Shown one piece after another: positions 33,301 through 48,300 of a stretch of DNA of 64,000 bases. The notes beneath the pieces are model-generated. The model searched no databases. It was not told where the DNA came from and worked only from the letters and a program-made list of their open reading frames with translations. The position numbers were made by a program, and so were the translations under genes. Position 1 is the first letter of the stretch; every line of letters starts with the position of its first letter. Location: contig JAUCBJ010008661.1 in the NCBI GenBank assembly GCA_032718475.1, positions 62,001-126,000 on the forward strand, written 5' to 3'. The stretch comes from Nemertoderma westbladi (taxonomy: Eukaryota; Animalia; Xenacoelomorpha).

Positions 33301-36300
33301 GGATGGGTTCTCGTGTATGGAGTTCGTGGATCTGTGGATGGGTTCTCGTGTATGGAGTTCGTGGTTCCGTGGAAGGTTTCTCGTGTTGGAGTTCGTGGAT
33401 CTGTGGATGGGTTCTCGTGTATGGAGTTCGTGGATCTCTGGATGGGTTCTCGTGTATGGAGTTCGTGGATCTCTGGATGGGTTCTCGTGTACGGAGTTCG
33501 TGGATCTGTGGATGGGTTCTCGTGTATGGAGTTCGTGGTTCCGTGGAAGGTTTCTCGTGTTGGAGTTCGTGGATCTGTGGATGGGTTCTCGTGTACGGAG
33601 TTAGTGGATCTGTGGATGGGTTCTTGTGTATGGAGTTCGTGGTTCCGTGGAAGGTTTCTCGTGTTGGAGTTCGTGGATCTGTGGATGGGTTCTTGTGTAT
33701 GGAGTTCGTGGTTCCGTGGAAGGTTTCTCGTGTTGGAGTTCGTGGATCTGTGGATGGGTTCTCGTGTATGGAGTTCGTGGTTCCGTGGAAGGTTTCTCGT
33801 GTTGGAGTTCGTGGATCTGTGGATGGGTTCTCGTGTATGGAGTTCGTGGTTCCTTGGAAGGGTTCTCGTGTTGGAGTTCGTGGATCCGTGGATCCGTGGA
33901 TGGGTTCTCATGTATGGAGTTCGTGGATCTGTGGATGGGTTCTCGTGCATGGATTCGTGGATCCGTGGATGGGTTCTCGTATATGGAGTTCGTGGATCCG
34001 TGGATGGGTTCTCGTGTATGGAGTTCGTGGATCCGTGGATGGGTTCTCGTGTATGGATTCGTGGATCCGTGTATGGGTTCTCGTGTATGGAGTTCGTGGA
34101 TCCGTGGATAGGTTCTCGTATATGGAGTTCGTGAATCTGTGGATCAGTGGATGGGTTCTCGTGTATGGAGTTCGTGGATCCGTAGATGGGTTCTCGTGTA
34201 TGGATTCGTGGATCCGTAGATGGTTTCTCGTGTATGGATTCGTGGATCCGTGGATGGGTTCTCGTATATGGAGTTCGTGGATCCGTCGATGGGTTCTCGT
34301 GTATGGATTCGCGGATCCGTGGATGGGTTCTTGTATATGGAGTTCGTGGATCAGTGGATGGGTTCTCGTGTATGGAGATCGTGGATCCGTCGATGGGTTC
34401 TCGTGTATGGATTCGTGGATCCGTGGATGGGTTCTTGTGTATGGAGTTCGTGGATCCGTAGATGGGTTCTCGTGTATGGATTTCGTGGATCCGTGGATGG
34501 GTTCTCGTGTATGGAGTTCGTGGATCAGTGGATGGGTTCTCGTGTATGGAGTTCGTGGATCCTTCGATGGGTTCTTGTGTATGGAGTTCGTGGATCTGTG
34601 GATCCGTGGATGGGTTCTCGTGTATGGAATTCGTGGATCCGTAGGTGGGTTCTCGTGTATGGAGTTTGTGGATCTGTGGATGGGTTCTCATGTATGGAGT
34701 TCGTGGATCAGTGGATGGGTTCTCGTGTATGGATTCGTGGATCCGTCGATGGGTTCTCGTGTATGGATTCGTGGATCCGTGGATGGGTTCTCGTGTATGG
34801 AGTTCGTGGATCCGTGGATGGGTTCTCGTGTATGGAGTTCGTGGATCTGTGGATCCGTGGATGGGTTCTCGTGTATGGAGTTCGTGGATCCGTCGATGGG
34901 TTCTCGTGTATGGATTCGTGGATCCGTAGATGGTTTCTCGTGTATGGATTCGTGGATCCGTGGATGGGTTCTCGTATATGGAGTTCGTGGATCCGTCGAT
35001 GGGTTCTCGTGTATGGATTCGCGGATCCGTGGATGGGTTCTTGTATATGGAGTTCGTGGATCAGTGGATGGGTTCTCGTGTATGGAGATCGTGGATCCGT
35101 CGATGGGTTCTCGTGTATGGATTCGTGGATCCGTGGATGGGTTCTTGTGTATGGAGTTCGTGGATCCGTAGATGGGTTCTCGTGTATGGATTTCGTGGAT
35201 CCGTGGATGGGTTCTCGTGTATGGAGTTCGTGGATCAGTGGATGGGTTCTCGTGTATGGAGTTCGTGGATCCTTCGATGGGTTCTTGTGTATGGAGTTCG
35301 TGGATCTGTGGATCCGTGGATGGGTTCTCGTATATGGAGTTCGTGGATCCGTGGATGGGTTCTCGTGTATGGAGTTCGTGGATCCGTGGATGGGTTCTCG
35401 TGTATGGATTCGTGGATCCGTGTATGGGTTCTCGTGTATGGAGTTCGTGGATCCGTGGATAGGTTCTCGTATATGGAGTTCGTGAATCTGTGGATCAGTG
35501 GATGGGTTCTCGTGTATGGAGTTCGTGGATCCGTAGATGGGTTCTCGTGTATGGATTCGTGGATCCGTAGATGGTTTCTCGTGTATGGATTCGTGGATCC
35601 GTGGATGGGTTCTCGTATATGGAGTTCGTGGATCCGTCGATGGGTTCTCGTGTATGGATTCGCGGATCCGTGGATGGGTTCTTGTATATGGAGTTCGTGG
35701 ATCAGTGGATGGGTTCTCGTGTATGGAGATCGTGGATCCGTCGATGGGTTCTCGTGTATGGATTCGTGGATCCGTGGATGGGTTCTTGTGTATGGAGTTC
35801 GTGGATCCGTAGATGGGTTCTCGTGTATGGATTTCGTGGATCCGTGGATGGGTTCTCGTGTATGGAGTTCGTGGATCAGTGGATGGGTTCTCGTGTATGG
35901 AGTTCGTGGATCCTTCGATGGGTTCTTGTGTATGGAGTTCGTGGATCTGTGGATCCGTGGATGGGTTCTCGTGTATGGAATTCGTGGATCCGTAGGTGGG
36001 TTCTCGTGTATGGAGTTTGTGGATCTGTGGATGGGTTCTCATGTATGGAGTTCGTGGATCAGTGGATGGGTTCTCGTGTATGGATTCGTGGATCCGTCGA
36101 TGGGTTCTCGTGTATGGATTCGTGGATCCGTGGATGGGTTCTCGTGTATGGAGTTCGTGGATCCGTGGATGGGTTCTCGTGTATGGAGTTCGTGGATCTG
36201 TGGATCCGTGGATGGGTTCTCGTGTATGGAGTTCGTGGATCCGTCGATGGGTTCTCGTGTATGGATTCGTGGATCCGTCGATGGGTTCTCGTGTATGGAG

Positions 36301-39300
36301 TTCGTGGATCAGTGGATGGGTTCTCGGTATGGAGTTCATGGATCCGTCGATGGGTTCTCGTGTATGGATTCGTGGATCCGTGGATGGGTTCTCGTGTATG
36401 GAGTTCGTGGATCCGTAGATGGGTTCTCGTGTATGGAGTTCTTGGATCTGTGGATGGGTTCTCATGTATGGAGTACGTGGATCAGTGGATGGGTTCTCGT
36501 GTATGGAGTTCGTGGATCCGTCGATGGGTTCTCGTGTATGGATTCGTGGATCCGTGGATGGGTTCTCGTGTATGGAGTTCGTGGATCCATGGATGGGTTC
36601 TCGTGTATGGAGTTCGTGGATCCGTAGATGGGTTCTCGTGTATGGAGCTCGTGGATCCGTGGATGTGTTCTCGTGTATGGAGTTCGTGGATCCGAGGATG
36701 GGTTCTCGTATATGGAGTTCGTGGATTCGTCGATGGGTTCTCGTGTATGGATTCGTGGATCCGTGGATGTGTTCTCTTGTATGGAGTTCGTGGATCTGTG
36801 GATGGGTTCTCGTGCATGGAGTTCGTGGATCTGTGGATGGGTTCTCGTGTACGGAGTTCGTGGATCTGTGGATGGGTTCTCATGTATGGAGTTCGTGGAT
36901 CCTTCTCGTGTATGGAGTTTGTGGATCTGTGGATGGGTTCTCGTGTATTGTGTTCGTGGATCTGTGGATGGGTTCTCGTGTATGGAGTTCGTGGATCCGT
37001 GGATGGGTTCTCGTGTATGGAGTTCGTGGATCTGTGGATGGGTTCTCGTGTACGGAGTTCGTGGATCTGTGGATGGGTTCTCGTGTATGGAGTTCGTGGT
37101 TCCGTGGAAGGTTTCTCGTGTTGGAGTTCGTGGATCTGTGGATGGGTTCTCGTGTACGGAGTTAGTGGATCTGTGGATGGGTTCTTGTGTATGGAGTTCG
37201 TGGTTCCGTGGAAGGTTTCTCGTGTTGGAGTTCGTGGATCTGTGGATGGGTTCTCGTGTATGGAGTTCGTGGATCTGTGGATGGGTTCTCGTGTATGGAG
37301 TTCGTGGTTCCGTGGAAGGTTTCTCGTGTTGGAGTTCGTGGATCTGTGGATGGGTTCTCGTGTATGGAGTTCGTGGTTCCTTGGAAGGGTTCTCGTGTTG
37401 GAGTTCGTGGATCCGTGGATCCGTGGATGGGTTCTCATGTATGGAGTTCGTGGATCTGTGGATGGGTTCTCGTGCATGGATTCGTGGATCCGTGGATGGG
37501 TTCTCGTATATGGAGTTCGTGGATCCGTGGATGGGTTCTCGTGTATGGAGTTCGTGGATCCGTGGATGGGTTCTCGTGTATGGATTCGTGGATCCGTGTA
37601 TGGGTTCTCGTGTATGGAGTTCGTGGATCCGTGGATAGGTTCTCGTATATGGAGTTCGTGAATCTGTGGATCAGTGGATGGGTTCTCGTGTATGGAGTTC
37701 GTGGATCCGTAGATGGGTTCTCGTGTATGGATTCGTGGATCCGTAGATGGTTTCTCGTGTATGGATTCGTGGATCCGTGGATGGGTTCTCGTATATGGAG
37801 TTCGTGGATCCGTCGATGGGTTCTCGTGTATGGATTCGCGGATCCGTGGATGGGTTCTTGTATATGGAGTTCGTGGATCAGTGGATGGGTTCTCGTGTAT
37901 GGAGATCGTGGATCCGTCGATGGGTTCTCGTGTATGGATTCGTGGATCCGTGGATGGGTTCTTGTGTATGGAGTTCGTGGATCCGTAGATGGGTTCTCGT
38001 GTATGGATTTCGTGGATCCGTGGATGGGTTCTCGTGTATGGAGTTCGTGGATCAGTGGATGGGTTCTCGTGTATGGAGTTCGTGGATCCTTCGATGGGTT
38101 CTTGTGTATGGAGTTCGTGGATCTGTGGATCCGTGGATGGGTTCTCGTGTATGGAATTCGTGGATCCGTAGGTGGGTTCTCGTGTATGGAGTTTGTGGAT
38201 CTGTGGATGGGTTCTCATGTATGGAGTTCGTGGATCAGTGGATGGGTTCTCGTGTATGGATTCGTGGATCCGTCGATGGGTTCTCGTGTATGGATTCGTG
38301 GATCCGTGGATGGGTTCTCGTGTATGGAGTTCGTGGATCTGTGGATCCGTGGATGGGTTCTCGTGTATGGAGTTCGTGGATCCGTCGATGGGTTCTCGTG
38401 TATGGATTCGTGGATCCGTCGATGGGTTCTCGTGTATGGAGTTCGTGGATCAGTGGATGGGTTCTCGGTATGGAGTTCATGGATCCGTCGATGGGTTCTC
38501 GTGTATGGATTCGTGGATCCGTGGATGGGTTCTCGTGTATGGAGTTCGTGGATCCGTAGATGGGTTCTCGTGTATGGAGTTCTTGGATCTGTGGATGGGT
38601 TCTCATGTATGGAGTACGTGGATCAGTGGATGGGTTCTCGTGTATGGAGTTCGTGGATCCGTCGATGGGTTCTCGTGTATGGATTCGTGGATCCGTGGAT
38701 GGGTTCTCGTGTATGGAGTTCGTGGATCCATGGATGGGTTCTCGTGTATGGAGTTCGTGGATCCGTAGATGGGTTCTCGTGTATGGAGCTCGTGGATCCG
38801 TAGATGGGTTCTCGTGTATGGAGTTCGTGGATCCGCCGATGGGTTCTCGTGTATGGAGTTCGTGGATCCGTGGATGGGTTCTCGTGTATGGAGTTCGTGG
38901 ATCCATGGATGGGTTCTCGTGTATGGAGTTCGTGGATCCGTAGATGGGTTCTCGTGTATGGAGCTCGTGGATCCGTAGATGGGTTCTCGTGTATGGATTC
39001 GTGGATCCGTGGATGGGTTCTTGTGTATGGAGTTCGTGGATCAGTGGATGGGTTCTCGTGTATGGAGTTCGTGGATCCGTCGATGGGTTCTCGTGTATGG
39101 ATTCGTGGATCCGTGGATGGGTTCTCGTGTATGGAGTTCGTGGATCCATGGATGGGTTCTCGTGTATGGAGTTCGTGGATCCGTCGATGGGTTCTCGTGT
39201 ATGGATTCGTGGATCCGTGGATGGGTTCTCGTGTATGGAGTTCGTGGATCCATGGATGGGTTCTCGTGTATGGAGTTCGTGGATCCGTGGATGGGTTCTT

Positions 39301-42300
39301 GTGTATGGAGTTCGTGGATCAGTGGATGGGTTCTCGTGTATGGATTCGTGGATCCGTGGATGGGTTCTCGTGTATGGAGTTCGTGGATCCATGGATGGGT
39401 TCTCGTGTATGGAGTTCGTGGATCCGTAGATGGGTTCTCGTGTATGGAGCTCGTGGATCCGTAGATGGGTTCTCGTGTATGGAGTTCGTGGATCCGCCGA
39501 TGGGTTCTCGTGTATGGAGTTCGTGGATCCGTGGATGGGTTCTCGTGTATGGAGTTCGTGGATCCATGGATGGGTTCTCGTGTATGGAGTTCGTGGATCC
39601 GTAGATGGGTTCTCGTGTATGGAGTTCGTGGATCCATGGATGGGTTCTCGTGTATGGAGTTCGTGGATCCGTAGATGGGTTCTCGTGTATGGAGCTCGTG
39701 GATCCGTAGATGGGTTCTCGTGTATGGAGTTCGTGGATCCATGGATGGGTTCTCGTGTATGGAGTTCGTGGATCCATGGATGGGTTCTCGTGTATGGAGT
39801 TCGTGGATCCGTGGATGGGTTCTCGTGTATGGAGTTCGTGGATCCGTGGATGGGTTCTCGTGTATGGAGTTCGTGGATCTGTGGATCCGTGGATGGGTTC
39901 TCGTGTATGGAGTTCGTGGATCCGTCGATGGGTTCTCGTGTATGGATTCGTGGATCCGTAGATGGTTTCTCGTGTATGGATTCGTGGATCCGTGGATGGG
40001 TTCTCGTATATGGAGTTCGTGGATCCGTCGATGGGTTCTCGTGTATGGATTCGCGGATCCGTGGATGGGTTCTTGTATATGGAGTTCGTGGATCAGTGGA
40101 TGGGTTCTCGTGTATGGAGATCGTGGATCCGTCGATGGGTTCTCGTGTATGGATTCGTGGATCCGTGGATGGGTTCTTGTGTATGGAGTTCGTGGATCCG
40201 TAGATGGGTTCTCGTGTATGGATTTCGTGGATCCGTGGATGGGTTCTCGTGTATGGAGTTCGTGGATCAGTGGATGGGTTCTCGTGTATGGAGTTCGTGG
40301 ATCCTTCGATGGGTTCTTGTGTATGGAGTTCGTGGATCTGTGGATCCGTGGATGGGTTCTCGTATATGGAGTTCGTGGATCCGTGGATGGGTTCTCGTGT
40401 ATGGAGTTCGTGGATCCGTGGATGGGTTCTCGTGTATGGATTCGTGGATCCGTGTATGGGTTCTCGTGTATGGAGTTCGTGGATCCGTGGATAGGTTCTC
40501 GTATATGGAGTTCGTGAATCTGTGGATCAGTGGATGGGTTCTCGTGTATGGAGTTCGTGGATCCGTAGATGGGTTCTCGTGTATGGATTCGTGGATCCGT
40601 AGATGGTTTCTCGTGTATGGATTCGTGGATCCGTGGATGGGTTCTCGTATATGGAGTTCGTGGATCCGTCGATGGGTTCTCGTGTATGGATTCGCGGATC
40701 CGTGGATGGGTTCTTGTATATGGAGTTCGTGGATCAGTGGATGGGTTCTCGTGTATGGAGATCGTGGATCCGTCGATGGGTTCTCGTGTATGGATTCGTG
40801 GATCCGTGGATGGGTTCTTGTGTATGGAGTTCGTGGATCCGTAGATGGGTTCTCGTGTATGGATTTCGTGGATCCGTGGATGGGTTCTCGTGTATGGAGT
40901 TCGTGGATCAGTGGATGGGTTCTCGTGTATGGAGTTCGTGGATCCTTCGATGGGTTCTTGTGTATGGAGTTCGTGGATCTGTGGATCCGTGGATGGGTTC
41001 TCGTGTATGGAATTCGTGGATCCGTAGGTGGGTTCTCGTGTATGGAGTTTGTGGATCTGTGGATGGGTTCTCATGTATGGAGTTCGTGGATCAGTGGATG
41101 GGTTCTCGTGTATGGATTCGTGGATCCGTCGATGGGTTCTCGTGTATGGATTCGTGGATCCGTGGATGGGTTCTCGTGTATGGAGTTCGTGGATCCGTGG
41201 ATGGGTTCTCGTGTATGGAGTTCGTGGATCTGTGGATCCGTGGATGGGTTCTCGTGTATGGAGTTCGTGGATCCGTCGATGGGTTCTCGTGTATGGATTC
41301 GTGGATCCGTCGATGGGTTCTCGTGTATGGAGTTCGTGGATCAGTGGATGGGTTCTCGGTATGGAGTTCATGGATCCGTCGATGGGTTCTCGTGTATGGA
41401 TTCGTGGATCCGTGGATGGGTTCTCGTGTATGGAGTTCGTGCATCCGTAGATGGGTTCTCGTGTATGGAGTTCTTGGATCTGTGGATGGGTTCTCATGTA
41501 TGGAGTAGGTGGATCAGTGGATGGGTTCTCGTGTATGGAGTTCGTGGATCCGTCGATGGGTTCTCGTGTATGGATTCGTGGATCCGTGGATGGGTTCTCG
41601 TGTATGGAGTTCGTGGATCCATGGATGGGTTCTCGTGTATGGAGTTCGTGGATCCGTAGATGGGTTCTCGTGTATGGAGCTCGTGGATCCGTGGATGTGT
41701 TCTCGTGTATGGAGTTCGTGGATCCGAGGATGGGTTCTCGTATATGGAGTTCGTGGATTCGTCGATGGGTTCTCGTGTATGGATTCGTGGATCCGTGGAT
41801 GTGTTCTCTTGTATGGAGTTCGTGGATCTGTGGATGGGTTCTCGTGCATGGAGTTCGTGGGTCTGTGGATGGGTTCTCGTGTACGGAGTTCGTGGATCTG
41901 TGGATGGGTTCTCATGTATGGAGTTCGTGGATCCTTCTCGTGTATGGAGTTTGTGGATCTGTGGATGGGTTCTCGTGTATTGTGTTCGTGGATCTGTGGA
42001 TGGGTTCTCGTGTATGGAGTTCGTGGATCCGTGGATGGGTTCTCGTGTATGGAGTTCGTGGATCTGTGGATGGGTTCTCGTGTACGGAGTTCGTGGATCT
42101 GTGGATGGGTTCTCGTGTATGGAGTTCGTGGTTCCGTGGAAGGTTTCTCGTGTTGGAGTTCGTGGATCTGTGGATGGGTTCTCGTGTACGGAGTTAGTGG
42201 ATCTGTGGATGGGTTCTTGTGTATGGAGTTCGTGGTTCCGTGGAAGGTTTCTCGTGTTGGAGTTCGTGGATCTGTGGATGGGTTCTCGTGTATGGAGTTC

Positions 42301-45300
42301 GTGGATCTGTGGATGGGTTCTCGTGTATGGAGTTCGTGGTTCCGTGGAAGGTTTCTCGTGTTGGAGTTCGTGGATCTGTGGATGGGTTCTCGTGTATGGA
42401 GTTCGTGGTTCCTTGGAAGGGTTCTCGTGTTGGAGTTCGTGGATCCGTGGATCCGTGGATGGGTTCTCATGTATGGAGTTCGTGGATCTGTGGATGGGTT
42501 CTCGTGCATGGATTCGTGGATCCGTGGATGGGTTCTCGTATATGGAGTTCGTGGATCCGTGGATGGGTTCTCGTGTATGGAGTTCGTGGATCCGTGGATG
42601 GGTTCTCGTGTATGGATTCGTGGATCCGTGTATGGGTTCTCGTGTATGGAGTTCGTGGATCCGTGGATAGGTTCTCGTATATGGAGTTCGTGAATCTGTG
42701 GATCAGTGGATGGGTTCTCGTGTATGGAGTTCGTGGATCCGTAGATGGGTTCTCGTGTATGGATTCGTGGATCCGTAGATGGTTTCTCGTGTATGGATTC
42801 GTGGATCCGTGGATGGGTTCTCGTATATGGAGTTCGTGGATCCGTCGATGGGTTCTCGTGTATGGATTCGCGGATCCGTGGATGGGTTCTTGTATATGGA
42901 GTTCGTGGATCAGTGGATGGGTTCTCGTGTATGGAGATCGTGGATCCGTCGATGGGTTCTCGTGTATGGATTCGTGGATCCGTGGATGGGTTCTTGTGTA
43001 TGGAGTTCGTGGATCCGTAGATGGGTTCTCGTGTATGGATTTCGTGGATCCGTGGATGGGTTCTCGTGTATGGAGTTCGTGGATCAGTGGATGGGTTCTC
43101 GTGTATGGAGTTCGTGGATCCTTCGATGGGTTCTTGTGTATGGAGTTCGTGGATCTGTGGATCCGTGGATGGGTTCTCGTGTATGGAATTCGTGGATCCG
43201 TAGGTGGGTTCTCGTGTATGGAGTTTGTGGATCTGTGGATGGGTTCTCATGTATGGAGTTCGTGGATCAGTGGATGGGTTCTCGTGTATGGATTCGTGGA
43301 TCCGTCGATGGGTTCTCGTGTATGGATTCGTGGATCCGTGGATGGGTTCTCGTGTATGGAGTTCGTGGATCCGTGGATGGGTTCTCGTGTATGGAGTTCG
43401 TGGATCTGTGGATCCGTGGATGGGTTCTCGTGTATGGAGTTCGTGGATCCGTCGATGGGTTCTCGTGTATGGATTCGTGGATCCGTCGATGGGTTCTCGT
43501 GTATGGAGTTCGTGGATCAGTGGATGGGTTCTCGGTATGGAGTTCATGGATCCGTCGATGGGTTCTCGTGTATGGATTCGTGGATCCGTGGATGGGTTCT
43601 CGTGTATGGAGTTCGTGGATCCGTAGATGGGTTCTCGTGTATGGAGTTCTTGGATCTGTGGATGGGTTCTCATGTATGGAGTACGTGGATCAGTGGATGG
43701 GTTCTCGTGTATGGAGTTCGTGGATCCGTCGATGGGTTCTCGTGTATGGATTCGTGGATCCGTGGATGGGTTCTCGTGTATGGAGTTCGTGGATCCATGG
43801 ATGGGTTCTCGTGTATGGAGTTCGTGGATCCGTAGATGGGTTCTCGTGTATGGAGCTCGTGGATCCGTAGATGGGTTCTCGTGTATGGAGTTCGTGGATC
43901 CGCCGATGGGTTCTCGTGTATGGAGTTCGTGGATCCGTGGATGGGTTCTCGTGTATGGAGTTCGTGGATCCATGGATGGGTTCTCGTGTATGGAGTTCGT
44001 GGATCCGTAGATGGGTTCTCGTGTATGGAGCTCGTGGATCCGTAGATGGGTTCTCGTGTATGGATTCGTGGATCCGTGGATGGGTTCTTGTGTATGGAGT
44101 TCGTGGATCAGTGGATGGGTTCTCGTGTATGGAGTTCGTGGATCCGTCGATGGGTTCTCGTGTATGGATTCGTGGATCCGTGGATGGGTTCTCGTGTATG
44201 GAGTTCGTGGATCCATGGATGGGTTCTCGTGTATGGAGTTCGTGGATCCGTCGATGGGTTCTCGTGTATGGATTCGTGGATCCGTGGATGGGTTCTCGTG
44301 TATGGAGTTCGTGGATCCATGGATGGGTTCTCGTGTATGGAGTTCGTGGATCCGTGGATGGGTTCTTGTGTATGGAGTTCGTGGATCAGTGGATGGGTTC
44401 TCGTGTATGGATTCGTGGATCCGTGGATGGGTTCTCGTGTATGGAGTTCGTGGATCCATGGATGGGTTCTCGTGTATGGAGTTCGTGGATCCGTAGATGG
44501 GTTCTCGTGTATGGAGCTCGTGGATCCGTAGATGGGTTCTCGTGTATGGAGTTCGTGGATCCGCCGATGGGTTCTCGTGTATGGAGTTCGTGGATCCGTG
44601 GATGGGTTCTCGTGTATGGAGTTCGTGGATCCATGGATGGGTTCTCGTGTATGGAGTTCGTGGATCCGTAGATGGGTTCTCGTGTATGGAGTTCGTGGAT
44701 CCATGGATGGGTTCTCGTGTATGGAGTTCGTGGATCCGTAGATGGGTTCTCGTGTATGGAGCTCGTGGATCCGTAGATGGGTTCTCGTGTATGGAGTTCG
44801 TGGATCCATGGATGGGTTCTCGTGTATGGAGTTCGTGGATCCATGGATGGGTTCTCGTGTATGGAGTTCGTGTATCCATGGATGGGTTCTCGTGTATGGA
44901 GTTCGTGGATCCGTGGTTGGGTTCTCGTGTATGGAGTTCGTGGATCCGTGGATAGGTTCTCGTATATGGAGTTCGTGAATCTGTGGATCAGTGGATGGGT
45001 TCTCGTGTATGGAGTTCGTGGATCCGTAGATGGGTTCTCGTGTATGGATTCGTGGATCCGTAGATGGTTTCTCGTGTATGGATTCGTGGATCCGTGGATG
45101 GGTTCTCGTATATGGAGTTCGTGGATCCGTCGATGGGTTCTCGTGTATGGATTCGCGGATCCGTGGATGGGTTCTTGTATATGGAGTTCGTGGATCAGTG
45201 GATGGGTTCTCGTGTATGGAGATCGTGGATCCGTCGATGGGTTCTCGTGTATGGATTCGTGGATCCGTGGATGGGTTCTTGTGTATGGAGTTCGTGGATC

Positions 45301-48300
45301 CGTAGATGGGTTCTCGTGTATGGATTTCGTGGATCCGTGGATGGGTTCTCGTGTATGGAGTTCGTGGATCAGTGGATGGGTTCTCGTGAATGGAGTTCGT
45401 GGATCCTTCGATGGGTTCTTGTGTATGGAGTTCGTGGATCTGTGGATCCGTGGATGGGTTCTCGTGTATGGAATTCGTGGATCCGTAGATGGGTTCCCGT
45501 GTATGGAGTTCGTGGATCTGTGGATGGGTTCTCATGTATGGAGTTCGTGGATCAGTGGATGGGTTCTCGTGTATGGATTCGTGGATCCGTCGATGGGTTC
45601 TCGTGTATGGATTCGTGGATCCGTGGATGGGTTCTCGTGTATGGAGTTCGTGGATCCGTGGATGGGTTCTCGTGTATGGAGTTCGTGGATCTGTGGATCC
45701 GTGGATGGGTTCTCGTGTATGGAGTTCGTGGATCCGTCGATGGGTTCTCGTGTATGGATTCGTGGATCCGTGGATGGGTTCTCGTGTATGGAGTTCGTGG
45801 ATCCATGGATGGGTTCTCGTGTATGGAGTTCGTGGATCCGTGGATGGGTTCTTGTGTATGGAGTTCGTGGATCAGTGGATGGGTTCTCGTGTATGGAGTT
45901 CGTGGATCCGCCGATGGGTTCTCGTGTATGGAGTTCGTGGATCCGTGGATGGGTTCTCGTGTATGGAGTTCGTGGATCTGTGGATGGGTTCTCGTGTACG
46001 GAGTTCGTGGATCCGTGGATGGGTTCTCGTATATGGAGTTCGTGGATCCGTCGATGGGTTCTCGTGTATGGAGTTCGTGGATCCGTCGATGGGTTCTTGT
46101 GTATGGAGTTCGTGAATCTGTGGATCAGTGGATGGGTTCTCGTGTATGGAGTTCGTGGATCCGTCGATGGGTTCTCGTGTATGGAGTTCGTGGATCAGTG
46201 GATGGGTTCTCGTGTATGGAGTTCGTGGATCCTTCGATGGGTTCTTGTGTATAGAGTTCGTGGATCAGTGGATGGGTTCTCGTGTATGGAGATCGTAGAT
46301 CAGTGGATGGGTTCTCGTGTATGGAGATCGTAGATCAGTGGATGGGTTCTCGTGTATGGAGTTCGTGGATCCGTCGATGAGTTCTCGTGTATGGATTCGT
46401 GGATCCGTGGATGGGTTCTCGTGTATGGAGTTCGTGGATCCGTGGATGGGTTCTCGTGTATGGAGTTCGTGGATCCGTGGATGGGTTCTCGTGTATGGAG
46501 TTCGTGGATCCGAGGATGTGTTCTCGTGTATGGAGTTTGTGGATCCGTAGATGGGTTCTCGTGTATGGAGTTCGTGGATCCGAGGATGGGTTCTCGTGTA
46601 TGGAGTTCGTGGATCTGTGGATGGGTTCTCATGTATGGAGTTCGTGGATCAGTGGATGGGTTCTCGTGTATGGAGTTAGTGGATCTGTGGATGGGTTCTT
46701 GTGTATGGAGTTCGTGGATCTGTGGATGGGTTCTCGTGTATGGAGTTCGTGGTTCCGTGGAAGGTTTCTCGTGTTGGAGTTCGTGGATCTGTGGATGGGT
46801 TCTCGTGTATGGAGTTCGTGGATCTGTGGATGGGTTCTCGTGTATGGAGTTCGTGGTTCCGTGGAAGGTTTCTCGTGTTGGAGTTCGTGGATCTGTGGAT
46901 GGGTTCTCGTGTATGGAGTTCGTGGTTCCTTGGAAGGGTTCTCGTGTTGGAGTTCGTGGATCCGTGGATCCGTGGATGGGTTCTCATGTATGGAGTTCGT
47001 GGATCTGTGGATGGGTTCTCGTGCATGGATTCGTGGATCCGTGGATGGGTTCTCGTATATGGAGTTCGTGGATCCGTGGATGGGTTCTCGTGTATGGAGT
47101 TCGTGGATCCGTGGATGGGTTCTCGTGTATGGATTCGTGGATCCGTGTATGGGTTCTCGTGTATGGAGTTCGTGGATCCGTGGATAGGTTCTCGTATATG
47201 GAGTTCGTGAATCTGTGGATCAGTGGATGGGTTCTCGTGTATGGAGTTCGTGGATCCGTAGATGGGTTCTCGTGTATGGATTCGTGGATCCGTAGATGGT
47301 TTCTCGTGTATGGATTCGTGGATCCGTGGATGGGTTCTCGTATATGGAGTTCGTGGATCCGTCGATGGGTTCTCGTGTATGGATTCGCGGATCCGTGGAT
47401 GGGTTCTTGTATATGGAGTTCGTGGATCAGTGGATGGGTTCTCGTGTATGGAGATCGTGGATCCGTCGATGGGTTCTCGTGTATGGATTCGTGGATCCGT
47501 GGATGGGTTCTTGTGTATGGAGTTCGTGGATCCGTCAATGGGTTCTCGTGTATGGATTCGCGGATCCGTGGATGGGTTCTTGTATATGGAGTTCGTGGAT
47601 CAGTGGATGGGTTCTCGTGTATGGAGATCGTGGATCCGTCGATGGGTTCTCGTGTATGGAGTTCGTGGATCCGTAGATGGGTTCTCGTGTATGGATTTCG
47701 TGGATCCGTGGATGGGTTCTCGTGTATGGAGTTCGTGGATCAGTGGATGGGTTCTCGTGTATGGAGTTCGTGGATCCTTCGATGGGTTCTTGTGTATGGA
47801 GTTCGTGGATCTGTGGATCCGTGGATGGGTTCTCGTGTATGGAATTCGTGGATCCGTAGATGGGTTCTCGTGTATGGAGTTCGTGGATCTGTAGATGGGT
47901 TCTCGTGTATGGAGTTCGTGGATCTGTGGATGGGTTCTCATGTATGGAGTTCGTGGATCAGTGGATGGGTTCTCGTGTATGGATTCGTGGATCCGTCGAT
48001 GAGTTCTCGTGTATGGATTCGTGGATCCGTGGATGGGTTCTCGTGTATGGAGTTCGTGGATCCGTGGATGGGTTCTCGTGTATGGAGTTCGTTGATCTGT
48101 GGATCCGTGGATGGGTTCTCGTGTATGGAGTTCGTGGATCCGTCGATGGGTTCTCGTGTATGGATTCGTGGATCCGTCGATGGGTTCTCGTGTATGGAGT
48201 TCGTGGATCAGTGGATGGGTTCTCGTGTATGGAGTTCATGGATCCGTCGATGGGTTCTCGTGTATGGATTCGTGGATCCGTGGATGGGTTCTCGTGTATG